A DNA stretch of 64,000 bases from Rhizophagus irregularis (Eukaryota). A program made the position numbers and the translations under genes. The notes beneath the pieces were generated by a model. The model did no database searches. It saw only the letters and a program-made list of their open reading frames with translations, and had not been told where the DNA came from. Numbering within the stretch: the stretch's first letter is position 1; the number at the start of each line of letters is the position of its first letter. The DNA lies in contig NC_089432.1 in the NCBI RefSeq assembly GCF_026210795.1, positions 1,798,001 through 1,862,000 on the forward strand, in the 5' to 3' direction. Positions 51,384 through 64,000 of this stretch are shown here, piece by piece.

Positions 51384-53290
51384 ATGGAAGATATGTATGA
51401 TTATTATATTAATTGGATTGAAGAAGCTATCAGTAAAAAACATATTAAATATTACGAATATGAAAATTTTAACAATATTGAAGAAATTGGTTCTGGAAGC
51501 TTTGGAAAAGTCTACCGTGCGAACTGGAAAAGTTCTAATAGTTTTTTAGCATTAAAATCTTTTTGTAATTTTAACTCAGTCACAGTTAAAGAAGTTGTTA
51601 ACGAGGTAATAAACAATATAATATGCATATATCTCTTTATTATAAATTTAATTTAAAATTCTATTTATGATTCAGCTTACACACCAACGTAATGTAGATT
51701 TCCATGAATATTATTCGCTTTTTTGGCATTACAAGAGGTATAATGAACTTTTAAATGACAATATATATAATATTAGTATAATCTAAAATAATTACTTTTT
51801 TTATTTTTAATAAGAAAACGCAAGTGGTGATTTGAAAAAGTACAGTTTGGTAATGGAATATGCTTATAGTGGTACTCTTCGAGAGTATCTGAAAGAAAAT
51901 TTTGATAATCTTACTTGGGGTAATAAATTAGATCTGGGACTTCAGCTAGCAAATGCAGTATTATGCTTGCATGATGAAGGAATTGTTCATCGTGATCTGG
52001 TAATTCATTTACATTATACTTACTCTATATTGCTTATGATGTTAATTGATTTATATATTTATTATCAAGTAGCATTCCAAAAATGTACTACTAGTTAATC
52101 AACATACTATCAAAGTAGCTGATTTTGGACTGTCAAAGAGTATTAATGAAGTATATAATAATAGTACAAAATCAGATTTACTTGGTGTAGTTCCATATAT
52201 TGATCCAAAGAAATTCAGCTTACAACCATACTCTTTAAATAAAAAGAGTGACATTTATAGTATTGGTGTACTTCTGTGGGAGATATCAAGTGGTCAGCCA
52301 CCATTTAAAAATCTATCATCCTATGGTTTAATAGTACACCTTCCACAAGGTCTTAGAGAAACACCTATTCCTGATACACCTACTGCTTATGTTGATCTTT
52401 ATATTAGTAAGTACGATTTTCGTATGTTTAGAAGTTGGATATAATTTTTTAATCTAATAAATCACTGAATTTTTTTAGAATGTTGGGATGGAGAACCAGA
52501 TAATCGTCCAAATATCAATGATGTAGTTGCTAAATTAAGAACATTAAGTGTTAATGGTAATTTTAGTACAATTGTTGATGAGTTAGTTGATTTTACTGTG
52601 AAAGTAGATATAGATGCATTTATACAGAACGTTCTTAATTATCTTAATAGTCATAATGTGACTTCACAAGAATTGTATAATTGGTTAATAAATGATCAAA
52701 GTAATTCAAATTCTATAGTTTTACTTGGAGAATTTAATTATTATGGAATTGAAACTGATATTGATAAAAAATACACATTTGAATTATATCAAAAGGCAGT
52801 AGATTTAGGTAATGTATATGGAATGAATGGTTTAGGATATTGTTATCGATACGGATGTGGAACTGATATTAATGAGGAAAAGGCATTCGAATTATACGAG
52901 AAGGCAGCAAAATTAGAATTTCTGGCCGGTATAAATAATTTAGGAAATTGTTATGAAAGTGGAATCGGAACTGGAATCAATAAGAAAAAGGCATTTGAAT
53001 TATATCAAAAGGCCGCAAAATCAGAACTTCCATCTGGAATAAATAATTTGGGATATTGTTATGAGAATGGAATTGGAACTAGAATTAATCGAAGAAAGGC
53101 ATTTGAATTATATAAGAAGGCTGCAAATTTAGGAAATAATGTAGCTCAATATAATGTTGCTTGGATGTATGAAAATATTAAGAATGTTAAAGATATAAAT
53201 CAAGCAATTCATTGGTATAAAAAGTCTGCCGAACAAGGAGATGTATACGCTCAAAATGAATTAGAAAAGCTTTTAAAAAATAAAGAATAG
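51384..53290 (+). pseudogene. TKL kinase with 5 Sel1 repeats and a single frameshift
   Basis: GSGSFG, LALK, HRDL and DFG are intact. Exon 2 is 62 nt (catgaatattatt, 2 nt short near 51708), which breaks phase. Could be a sequencing error. Confidence 0.7.
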
Positions 53291-54673
53291 TTTACGTAAA
53301 GTAAATTAAGAATTCTACATTTGAAACTTTATGTAAAGTAATTATTTTAAAATATATTTTTTACGATGATCATGTGAAATATGAAAAATATTTATAATAT
53401 AACTTCTGCTTAATTCACAAGTTACTATCTAGAATATTAGAGTGTATTAATTTAATAAATTCAAAGCCTTATTTACATGAATATAATAACAAATTTTTTT
53501 TTTCTTAAATTATTTCTTTTCACTAAACAATCACTTCAGTACAATACTTTTACAATTTAACTACTAGTGCAAAAAGAATTTGAATAATAAGAGACGTATT
53601 AAGGAAATTATATGATAATTTGATCTGTATCTATCGTATCTCAAGAAATGCAGACAAATTTAAATAAATTATATATGTTTATCATTGACAACAAATTTTA
53701 TTTTATTTAAAATAAATTATCCTTTTTATTTTACTTCTTTAATTAAAAATTTATTCTACATTATAAATGAAATCCAACAAATTTCTTAATATTTTATAAT
53801 ACAAATAACGGAAAGTACCGTTATAAGACTATCAATAATGATGGCGTCTTTAATACAGTTTTTGTAATAAAATCTAATAATTATATTATTAAATTACCCC
53901 ATTTAACCAGTTTTCGCCTGATGTCCTTCGTGATTCTTTAGTTGCATTGGCAGATCCATTGGCACGTACATTGGTTTTTTACGAATAAAATTAAAATTCC
54001 ATTTTTTCCTAACATACAAAATTGAACCTCTGACGAATATTTTAAAATTATGAAGAAAACACGCTTTTATACGTTTAGTAACATTTTATGTAATGATCAT
54101 GGCAAAATAGATCCTTTTAATCGTTCAAATTAAAGAATATGCATATTGATTTAAAAGTAAACTATTAATAATATATAACCAAAATAGGAACACTTTGTAA
54201 AATCGAACATTTTAAAGAGCCGTTCTATGATCATTTTCCGAGGTATTTTTTTTTAAAAAAAAGAATAACATCTATAGATTATTTTCATCGAAGTGATCAT
54301 TAAAAATATTTTTATTCATTTCGAATTTGATATATTTATTAAAATATTTTAAATAAATAATATAATATCTAAAAAAATATTAACATGAATAAATTATAGA
54401 ACCCAGCAAACCCACTATACGTAACCCGAACACTGCTTCTGATTTTGTAACCTCCAATTGCCCGATAACAATCGCATAGATCAACTCCACTTTGCTGACA
54501 GACCACTTTCATATATTTGATTGTCTTGGTCACTTGATCACTTGGTTCACTTGGTTCCTGACGTTTTTGAATGGTACAGGAGTTCTCCATCAATTACAGC
54601 AACAACGAAAGCGTGTATCACAATTAGACAGATAGACCTAAAAAAAAGGAGACGAAAAAAAGAAGATAAAACA

Positions 54674-54832
54674 ACACTCCCAACCCACACCCAAATCCAC
54701 ACCTAAACCAAACACTCCCACTCCCAACCCACACCCAAATCCACATACCAAAACCACACTCCAAACCCACTCCCAAACCCACACTCCCTTCCCACACCCA
54801 CACCCAAACACACACTCCCAACCCACATACCT
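54674..54832. repeat. C/A-rich degenerate minisatellite
   Basis: Repeated cccaacccacacccaaatccaca and acactccca units. Confidence 0.85.
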
Positions 54833-56249
54833 AAAGAAAGACGCAAAGAAAAGGGGTCCAATAGAAGACCTAAAGAGAGGATCTAGGCAGAGAGAAGATA
54901 GACCTAAAAAAAGTAAAGAAAAGGGCGAAGACCTATACGGAGAGAAGATAGATGAAAAAAGAAGTCGAGATGAAAAAAAAATTGAAAAAAAAGGGATTAA
55001 AGGTAAGATATTTATATTATCAAAATTGTGTTACATGTCATAAGGAATATTATTTGCATAATTAAAGTCCGAAGTGTTATTGTACATCGTCATTGTAAAT
55101 TAGCGAAAAGTACATTAACAATCGTACATTATCAACTATAATTTTAAAAAGAAGCTTGTAGATTTCATTTTCAAAATTCCAGCTTCCCAATTACTTTCCA
55201 ATCGATTTTAAAAAAAACTACACAATATATACAATATGTAAATATATATATATATATATGTTTATTTTTTTCTTTTTCTGTTTTTCCTTTTTTTTCACAC
55301 AAAAAGAACTACATATAATTATACTATTTTTACAATAAAATAAATAAAAGTGGCGCCCCTGTAGCACTTCGTACTAATTTTTGAAAATTTCTGAGTTTAT
55401 ACTTGTTTAAAATAGTTAAAAATAGTTAATCACATTAATTTAATGAGTGACAATGCTCCAGGGAATTACCCATTTATTCCTGGGAGGGAAACCCTATTAT
55501 TTCCACTCCCCATGAAATAAATAATTCTAATTAGATGAATAAATTAGTTTTTTTTTTATTTGAAAAGTATAATGGGATTAGTATTTACACTGATTTTGAA
55601 TGTAGCTTTAGTCGTTAACTGTGCGCATGTTTCAGTTGTATCATGGACTACTAAAAATTCTGGTATGAAATAGTTTCATATTAATCATTTCTTTCGCATA
55701 AATTTTACTGATAAACTAATTTTTACTTTTTTATACTATTTTACCTATATCGTCATTATAAGCCACTGATCTAACCTGTTACTTGTTAAATTTGAAAATG
55801 ATTGGTTGACCTATCTCTATGATGAATCACATGTCCAATTACATGTGACGACTGTAACGTCATCGAATTTATTCACTAACCATAATAAATAAATTGAACA
55901 ATTAAATTCACTAAATGAATTGATGATAATTGTATATATAAAGAAGAAAAAATATGTAATTTAATGTACTTGAATGCGATAAATTAACAGTTATTTAATA
56001 TAAATAACATCCCTACTTGACATTGGAATTATGATATCCTTGGAATATTAAATCAGATTTAATATAAAGACAGTTTGCTTATAATTCACATTCAAACTTA
56101 TATAATTTAAATCAAAAATAATTTTATTTATATATCAAGTTGTGCTAATATAAGTAGTACATTAAAAATATTATTACATAATTAAACAACACGGAAACGA
56201 TCCCTTTATAATTTGAAACTAATTCATAAAACTAGCTATTAGTCTTGAT

Positions 56250-57940
56250 TTAGATTTTTTCATAATTACCAGCATCAAAATTTAAGCCAAGTTCAATGCA
56301 ATTGATTTTATTCCCTAAATCTGTCACTTTTTGTTTTGCATTTTCATCAACTAAATCGCTATGTTGTTCAATAATATTCTTTAAATCCGAAAATCTCATT
56401 TGAGCTGAACTTTTAAATAATTCGATCGCTTTTTTATCATCTTTCTCAACAATTTCTCCATTTTTATACATGCGAGCAAGATTATATTTAGCTGCGCTAT
56501 TCCCGAAATTTGCAGATCTTTTAAACATTTCCAAAGCCATTTGTTTATCCTCTTCAATTCCAATTCCTTCATAATAACATTCTCCTACCATATTCATTCC
56601 ATCCGAATATTCTCCATCAGCCGATTCTTTAGATAATTCAAAAGCTTTTTTATGATCTTTATTAAAACGTATTCCATTTTTGTACATCAAAGCTTGACAA
56701 TATTGATTTAGTTGTTGCTGAGAATCTTCACTATTCATGTCATCCATAAAATTTTTTAATCTAATAACTACTTCACTCATAACTGGACGTTTATCTGGTT
56801 CTCCATCCCAACACTCTAAGAAAAAAAGAAAATTTAAATTTGTTAGACTAATTTATATTTAAGCTTCAATAACATTTGAAATTCATACCAGTATAAAGAT
56901 CAACATATTCAGTGGGTGTATCCGGAATGGGTTTTTCTCTAATGCCTTGTAAGACTTTTAACATCAATGCATATTGTTCTATATCTTCAAATGGTGGATG
57001 ACCACTTGATATCTCCCATAATAACACTCCAATACTATAAACATCGCTCTTTTCATCTAAAATATATGGTGATTCTATACTGAATTTCTTTGGATCAATG
57101 TAAGAATATATACCGAATAAATTAGATTTTGTATTAAGTGATTCAATTCTTTTCGATAGGCCGAAGTCAGATAATTTAACGGAATTTTGGTGGATTAATA
57201 CATTGCCGGAGTGCTATTAAAGAATATATTTTAAATAACAAAACAATAAGAACAAAACATACAAATTGTTTCAAGATAAATTCGATAAATACCAAATCAC
57301 GATGAATAATTCCTTCATCATGTAAGCAAGACACAGCACCAGCCAATTGATACGCCAAGTTAATTTTATCCCTCCAGGAAAGCATATCAAAGTTTTCTTT
57401 CAAATAATTTCGAAGAGATCCGCCATTAGCAAACTGCAATACCAATAAATATTTTTTCGTTTTATTTTCTAATTATAAAGAAAAGGTTTCATTTGTTAAT
57501 ATTAAATCTAGAATAAAAACCCAGCATTATTAAATATACCTTTTTCGGATACGGTTATACCATGAAATTTTATAATATTATTATGAAAATCTACATCTCG
57601 TTGAGCTTTAAGCTAAATCACAAACAATAAATTTGAATTAATTCTATAAATATTGAAATACAAATTAATATTTTTCCTTGTTTTTTAAAATTACCTCACT
57701 AACAATTTCCTTTATGGTGATTTCGTTTTGTTTTGGATCTTCTGAATTTGAATTTTTGAAAGATTTTAATGCAAAATATTGTTCAGTATTTTTCCATCTT
57801 GCACGATATACTTTTCCGAATCCTCCGCCACCAATTTTTTTCACTTCACTAAAATTTTTATATTCGTAATATCTAAGATATTCTTTTGTGATTGCTTCTT
57901 CAATCCAATCACTTTCATTATTGTCGTCAAGATTTTGCAT
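56250..57940 (-). CDS. TKL kinase with 3 Sel1-like repeats
   Basis: Five exons splice in frame: GGGGFG, FALK, HRDL|HSGN, SDFG, DVYSIG, CWDGEP. Confidence 0.88.
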
Positions 57941-59269
57941 TTCGATTTTTATAGCTTAGATAACTCGAGAGAATTTTTTTTTTTGTTTTTTTTTTGTTTT
58001 TAAGAAAAAAAGGTTTATATATTGATAAAACGTTTCACAAATTGACGCCAATTCTTATTTTGTCATTATATAACCTGAATCATATGTTTGTTCAACCTTT
58101 TTACTTTTTATGTCGATCAAAGGAATCTAAGTGAAAAATAGGTATGTACATTTGTATATGTTTGCTTGTTGAATATTATAGTAAATCAAACTGCGGCTAA
58201 TAATTTATTTTTAATCCCGAACGGATGAGCGAACGAAATTTGTGTATTAGATGATGTAACGACTATAACGAACAAACTCGTATAATAAAAAGTAATCTAT
58301 CGATTATGAAATAAAAAAAATTTTTTAATAAATGATACACTTAGAACCGAATTTTTTTGTGAAATAAATAAATGATAAAAATCATAAAAACAAATGTATT
58401 ATATGCACATAATTTCTTTTATTATAAATTTTGGTTTTTTTTTTTCGCTTGGGATGATAAATTCTTACGGGTACTTCACTTTAATATTATTAAATGTTCA
58501 TTACTGAAATGTTTATATACATAACATTTAATGTATTTCTTGAAAATAGCCTTCTTAAAATTAATTCGTTTGGATTATCCATATTATCGTTTTTCGGTAA
58601 TTAATGAATAATAGAAATAATAGAAAAAGAAATTTATTTACTAAAATGGATATTTTAAAAAATATTTTTTTTTTCTTGTCAAATTGTACTGATATTATCG
58701 ATATAACATAGAAAGGAATATATTGTTGTGACTCCGATTATTCCGATTATGCAGATTATATAATTCCTGGTTATTCAAATATTGTCGATCATCGATTATT
58801 CAACGACAACGAATTTTTTTCGTATTGCGGTGGCTTTGTTAATGAATACCATATTTGCAAGACTAAATTTCCTTTTTTTTTTATTATATAACAGTTTAGT
58901 CTCCCCCAAAAGCTGTGTCATTGACCATTGTTGCTAAATTTGTACAAATATTTATCACATGTTCATCACTATTAAAAGAGTACAAGATTGTTATTAATCT
59001 ATATATAATAAGATCAGCTAAAAGTGACGTCAAAGTTGTTAAGTTGACTTTTTAAGTTAATTAATTGAAAAAGAAACACAGAAGATTAAACTTATAGAGC
59101 TTAGTTAAAAAAGGGGTAAAAAGTTCGGATCCTTTGATCAGCACACCAAATACATTACTATGGTCGACATACGTACTTTTTTTGCGTTGTAAAAAAATTT
59201 GCATTTTTTACAACGAAACATTTTTTAATTTTTTATAAACTATAGTATATTATTTATGGTGATAACAAC

Positions 59270-61972
59270 ATGTCTGATAATATCGAGTCCGAAATTATCA
59301 ATAATTCTAATAAATGGATTAATTGGATTGAAGTAGCCATTTCTGAGGATTATTTTAAATATTATGATTTCAAGAATTTCAGTAATATTAAAGAAATTGG
59401 TTCTGGAGGTTTCGCAAAAGTTTATCGTGCAAATTGGAAAAATTCAAATCAATATTTTGCGTTAAAACATTTTTTTAAACCTGATGACGCTGCTGTTAAA
59501 GAAATTGCTCATGAGGTAATTATGAAATAATGTTTTTACATGATTTTTTTAAGGTTAGAGTTAGAAGGATTTGTGGTACAATGTGATTATTACTATGTTC
59601 CATTAGTAAGAAATGTTTGAATTTTGTACAATTATACAATTAATAATATTATTATTCTGAGAATAATTTTTAAAATTACTATTTGTTATCCATTATATGA
59701 AACGTCCTGCGATTTGCGCGGGCGCGTAGAAATTAAAAGCTAAACTTCATATCAAATTTTAATTATTTGATTAGCTTACACTACAACGAGAAGTAGACTT
59801 TCATAATAATATTATTCGTTTTTATGGGATAACGAAATCTGATTCAGGTATGATAATTATTCAAATTTGAAAATAAAAATAAATATTATTTAATAAATTT
59901 TTTTTTTTTTTTTTTAGAAAATTACAATGATCAATTAAATAAGTATTGGCTAGTAATGGAGTACGCTGACAGTGGTACACTTCGTAACTATCTAAAGGAA
60001 CATTTCAATAATCTCACGTGGGATGACAAATACAATTTAGCATATCAATTAGCTTGTGCAGTTTCATGTTTGCATGATGAAGGAATTGTTCATCGTGACC
60101 TGGTAATTTATCCAATTATTCAATCGTCAAATTAATAACAAATATTTATTGATTTAATATTTTTTTTTTGTTCGTGGCTTCCTGTATAATAGCACCCCAA
60201 TAATATATTGGTTCATCAAAATACCATAAAATTGGCAGATTTTGGTTTATCAAAAAGGATTGAAGAAGCATCTAATTCACAATCGAAATTATATGGTATA
60301 ATTCCCTATATTGATCCGAAAAGATTTAATAGACGAAAATATAGCAATACAGTACAATTATATACATTAAATGAGAAAAGTGACGTATATAGTGTCGGTG
60401 TACTTTTATGGGAGATCTCCAGTAGTAAACCACCTTTTTATATTGAAGGTGAACAATATGATATCGATTTAGCTGTAGAAATTTCACAAGGTCTTAGAGA
60501 GAAAATTATTCCTGGTACACCTGAAAATTATGTGAAAATTTATACTCGTAAGTATATTTTTAAGTTATTATCAATTTTATGTTTTGATAATTGAATTATT
60601 AAAATTCGTATGTTCTTTTTATTTAGGCTGCTGGAATGGCGAACCAGAAAATCGTCCAACTATTAACCAAGTTGTTGATGAATTAAAATCAATTATTACA
60701 AAAACAGAAAAAAATTATCAGGTGGATAATAAAAAAATTCATTTACCAAATAATCAAGAATTTAATAAAAATAATGATGTAGAATCTTCTTCAAATACTT
60801 ATCATTCTTTATATGATGAGTTATCTCAATTAATTCAAAATTTTGATAAAATGAATACGAAAGGAATTGATCTTTTAACATCATGTAATTATTTTAATAC
60901 AATAGTTGATGAGTTGGTTGATCTTTCTGATAAAGTAGAAGATGAAGAAAAACAGAAAATTCTTAATTATCTTAATAATCATAATATGACTTCACAAGAA
61001 ATTTATAATTGGTTATTAAATGATCAATATAATTCGAATTCTATTGTTTTACTTGGGGATCTTAATTATTTAGGAATTGGAACTAATGTTGATAAAAATA
61101 AAGCATTTGAATTATATAAAGATGCAGCAAATTTAGGAAATAATATAGCTAAATATAATCTTGGTATTTGTTATGTTTATGGAAGTGGTGTTGATAAAGA
61201 TTATAATAAAGCTATTGAATTATTTGAGAAATTAACTGAAGAAGAATATCCAAGAGGAATAAATTATTTAGGATATTGTTATCAAAAAGGAATTGGTGTT
61301 AATGTTGATGAACGAAAAGCGTATGAATTATATCAAAAAGCTGCAAATTTAGGATATGTATTTGGAATATACAATTTAGGATGTTGTTATCAAAATGGTA
61401 TTGGAACTAATATTGATAGACCAAAAGCATTTGAATTATATCAAAAAGCTGCAAAATTAGGAAGTGCATCTGGAGTAATTAATTTGGTATATTCTTATAT
61501 CAATGGTATTGGAACTAATGTTAATAAACAGTTAGCATTTGAATTATATCAAAATGCAGCAAACTCAGGAGAAATATATGGACTAAATGGTTTGGGATAT
61601 TGTTATCAATATGGAATTGGAACTGATGTTAATGAACAAATGGCATTCGAACTATATCAAAAAGCTGCAAATTTAGGAAATGCGTCTGGTATAAATAATT
61701 TGGGATATTGTTATGACAATGGAATTGGAACTAATGTTGATAAGCAAAAGGCATTTGAATTACATTTAGAAGCTGCAAATTTAGGAAATAGTACAGCTCA
61801 ATATAATCTTGCTGTAATGTATGAAAATGGAGAAGGGATTGGTAAAGATGTTGATCAAGCAATTTATTGGTGTAAAAAATCTGCCGAACAAGGAGATCAA
61901 GATGCGCAAAGAAGACTGAAGAAGCTCTTAAGAATTAATAGAAAAAATAGTGTTTCATGTAGAACCAGTTAA
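59270..61972 (+). CDS. TKL kinase with 8 Sel1-like repeats
   Basis: Five exons in frame: GSGGFA, FALK, HRDL|HPNN, ADFG, DVYSVG. Ends ..RRLKKLLRINRKNSVSCRTS*. Confidence 0.9.
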
Positions 61973-62334
61973 TTTTTTTTTAATAAGAATATTAAGTTAA
62001 ATTTTGTAATACACACAAACGAATAATGATAACATAGGAGATATCAAAAATATCTGCTAATAATAAATATTAATAAAATAAATAAAATAAAGCGATGTTA
62101 GTATTTTTTCCGGGTCATATATACTATAACGGTTGCTATTCGTCACCCGCCGGACACGTGGGTTAAATTTTATTTATATACAGATCCTTTTGATTTTGTT
62201 TCTTTTGTTTCAAGTATAAAAATTGATAATCTCTTCAGGACAATACATATCCTAAAAACAATTTTCAAAAAAGTTTAACTTCTTCAATTACTGAAATTAG
62301 TATACTTAAAAATAAGAAATTAGAAAAGAAAACT

Positions 62335-63338
62335 ATGTCGCGCGCTGAATCACCTGGTAAGTATGGGTCATTTTAATGACTAAAAATTTACTGGCCATGT
62401 TGTACTGAACACAATATTTTACTCTACGAAAGACTTTATAAGCCTCACAAAAGACACCATGGAAACATGTGAAGCCTATTATGCCTGCTTGACTACTAAC
62501 GAATATGGCAAAATATACTTGGATCCAAAGAAGTGCAAGGCTAAAAACTTTGATCCAATAAAGTAAGTAATTTTAGTTGGCACTCTCTGTTCAAGTCGCT
62601 TTACCAACGTCAGGAACAGTTGGAAAAATGCTTAAATTATTTAATCCTAAGTTATAATTTTTTCCTTTTTGGTCGAATTTTTTTGGTTCACCCTTTTTAT
62701 AATAGAGCAACTAAAGAGCAAAAGGAAAGGATCTTGTTGTTTGCAGAGAGATATAAAAAAATCACAAAAGAAAGAGGACACCATACTGCACAGAAAGAAG
62801 CGTTTGCTGCTTGCGACTATTCTAATGCTTTGTATGTATGTTTGCATATTATTTACGTAGTGAAATCATAGACTCATGTGAATACTTATGTCATCTCTTT
62901 TTAGACTGAAGCAATTATATGATAAAATAGATCGTGTAATATTTGAAGGTAGAGTTAGAGGAAGCAATTTTTGACGTGTCATGTATGATAAATTATATTC
63001 TTAAAATGGATTTTTATTTAGACGAAGCAGAATCATTGAATGTGATGCATAAAGCTGTTCCTGGGAGTATTGAGAAGCGGTCAAAAGTATTTATATAAAA
63101 TTATTTCTCATGAAGTGATAAAACATTTTTTAATTCTTTTGCAATTTTACAGCCAACCCATTCTTCAGTTAACAAAGCGTTTGAACTTATTGGCCATAAA
63201 ATCAAACTTTATGATGTCGATGTCGAGGTTATTTCCTTCAAAACAACTAAAGATGACATTTTTCTAGAAGTAGAAGAAAACGTAGAAGGAGAATTGATTC
63301 GCTATGAAATTAATTATGAGGATGTAGTTTCCTTGTGA
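62335..63338 (+). CDS. Six-exon hypothetical protein (~200 aa)
   Basis: Exons read MSRAESP, DFISLTKDTMETCEAYYACL.., ATKEQKERILLF.., LKQLYDKIDRVIFE, DEAESLNV..KRSK and PTHSSVNKAF..YEDVVSL*, with GT-AG boundaries. The first acceptor is weak. Confidence 0.6.
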
Positions 63339-64000
63339 ACGTTCTTATTTCTACAGTAATTATCTATGTACTGTATATGATCATATACATAAACTATTTT
63401 TACATATACAAATGCATCTACCTTTTTCAGAAAATTTCAATGACAAAATAATTAGATAGATTTTTCTGATTCTCATTTACGTTTTTCTGTGTGCAGTTTC
63501 GCAATCAATTATTAAACAATAATACTTAAGAGGGATGATTGACAATATCGTCAATTTGTTGTTCAAATGTAAATATTTATAAATTTGAGATGACAATAAT
63601 CAAACCGTGAAAGGCTTTCTGAGTTTTACGTGCAATTTAAACAAACAAAATTCTTAAAAATTGATTAGTATCCATTTTATCTAATTAACCGTATAGATGT
63701 TATTTGATAACAATCATTTATGTGCCGTGATGAATGGGTTTGATTAAGCGGCAAGACGTTTATAGTTGAGCATTAAAACACAATTCGATAAAGGTTGCAG
63801 TATGAATAAATAAATATCAAGATGCTCATGACATCAATAGATCAAAGACCATGATCACAAAACAATAGGCTTATTTATTCTGCTGTTTATTGATAATTTT
63901 GACATTCTGCTGTTTAAAGAGAAATTCGTGATAATAAAGAAAAAAATGACACGTGAACTTCGTATAATTAATTTTATCAAATATTTTACCTAATGATACG

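Noticed and set aside
54624..54826. Gly/Val/Trp ORFs and a possible telomere-like tract
   Set aside because: Translation of a degenerate repeat; no TTAGGG array.

Overview
Very AT-rich, intron-containing eukaryotic DNA. Short GT-AG introns, expanded tyrosine-kinase-like (TKL) kinase + Sel1-repeat genes and a TRP-like channel point to an arbuscular mycorrhizal fungus (Glomeromycotina, Rhizophagus-like); this is inference. The window is a birth-and-death cluster of about 10 kinase loci or fragments: two apparently intact kinase-Sel1 genes, one intact-ORF pseudokinase-Sel1 gene and several pseudogenes. It also holds an intact 11-exon SAMHD1-like HD-domain dNTPase, a TRP-like channel, a degenerate-RING + TPR gene, a decayed PHP-domain gene and two orphan genes. 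Non-autonomous DNA transposons (hAT, CACTA, Tc1-like, MULE-like, foldback) are frequent, several with readable TIRs and TSDs. The most unusual item is a poly(A)-tailed retroposed insert at 49688-50970 with an 18-bp TSD, an ORF1-like frame and no reverse transcriptase. Splice models were read by eye, so some boundaries are approximate.
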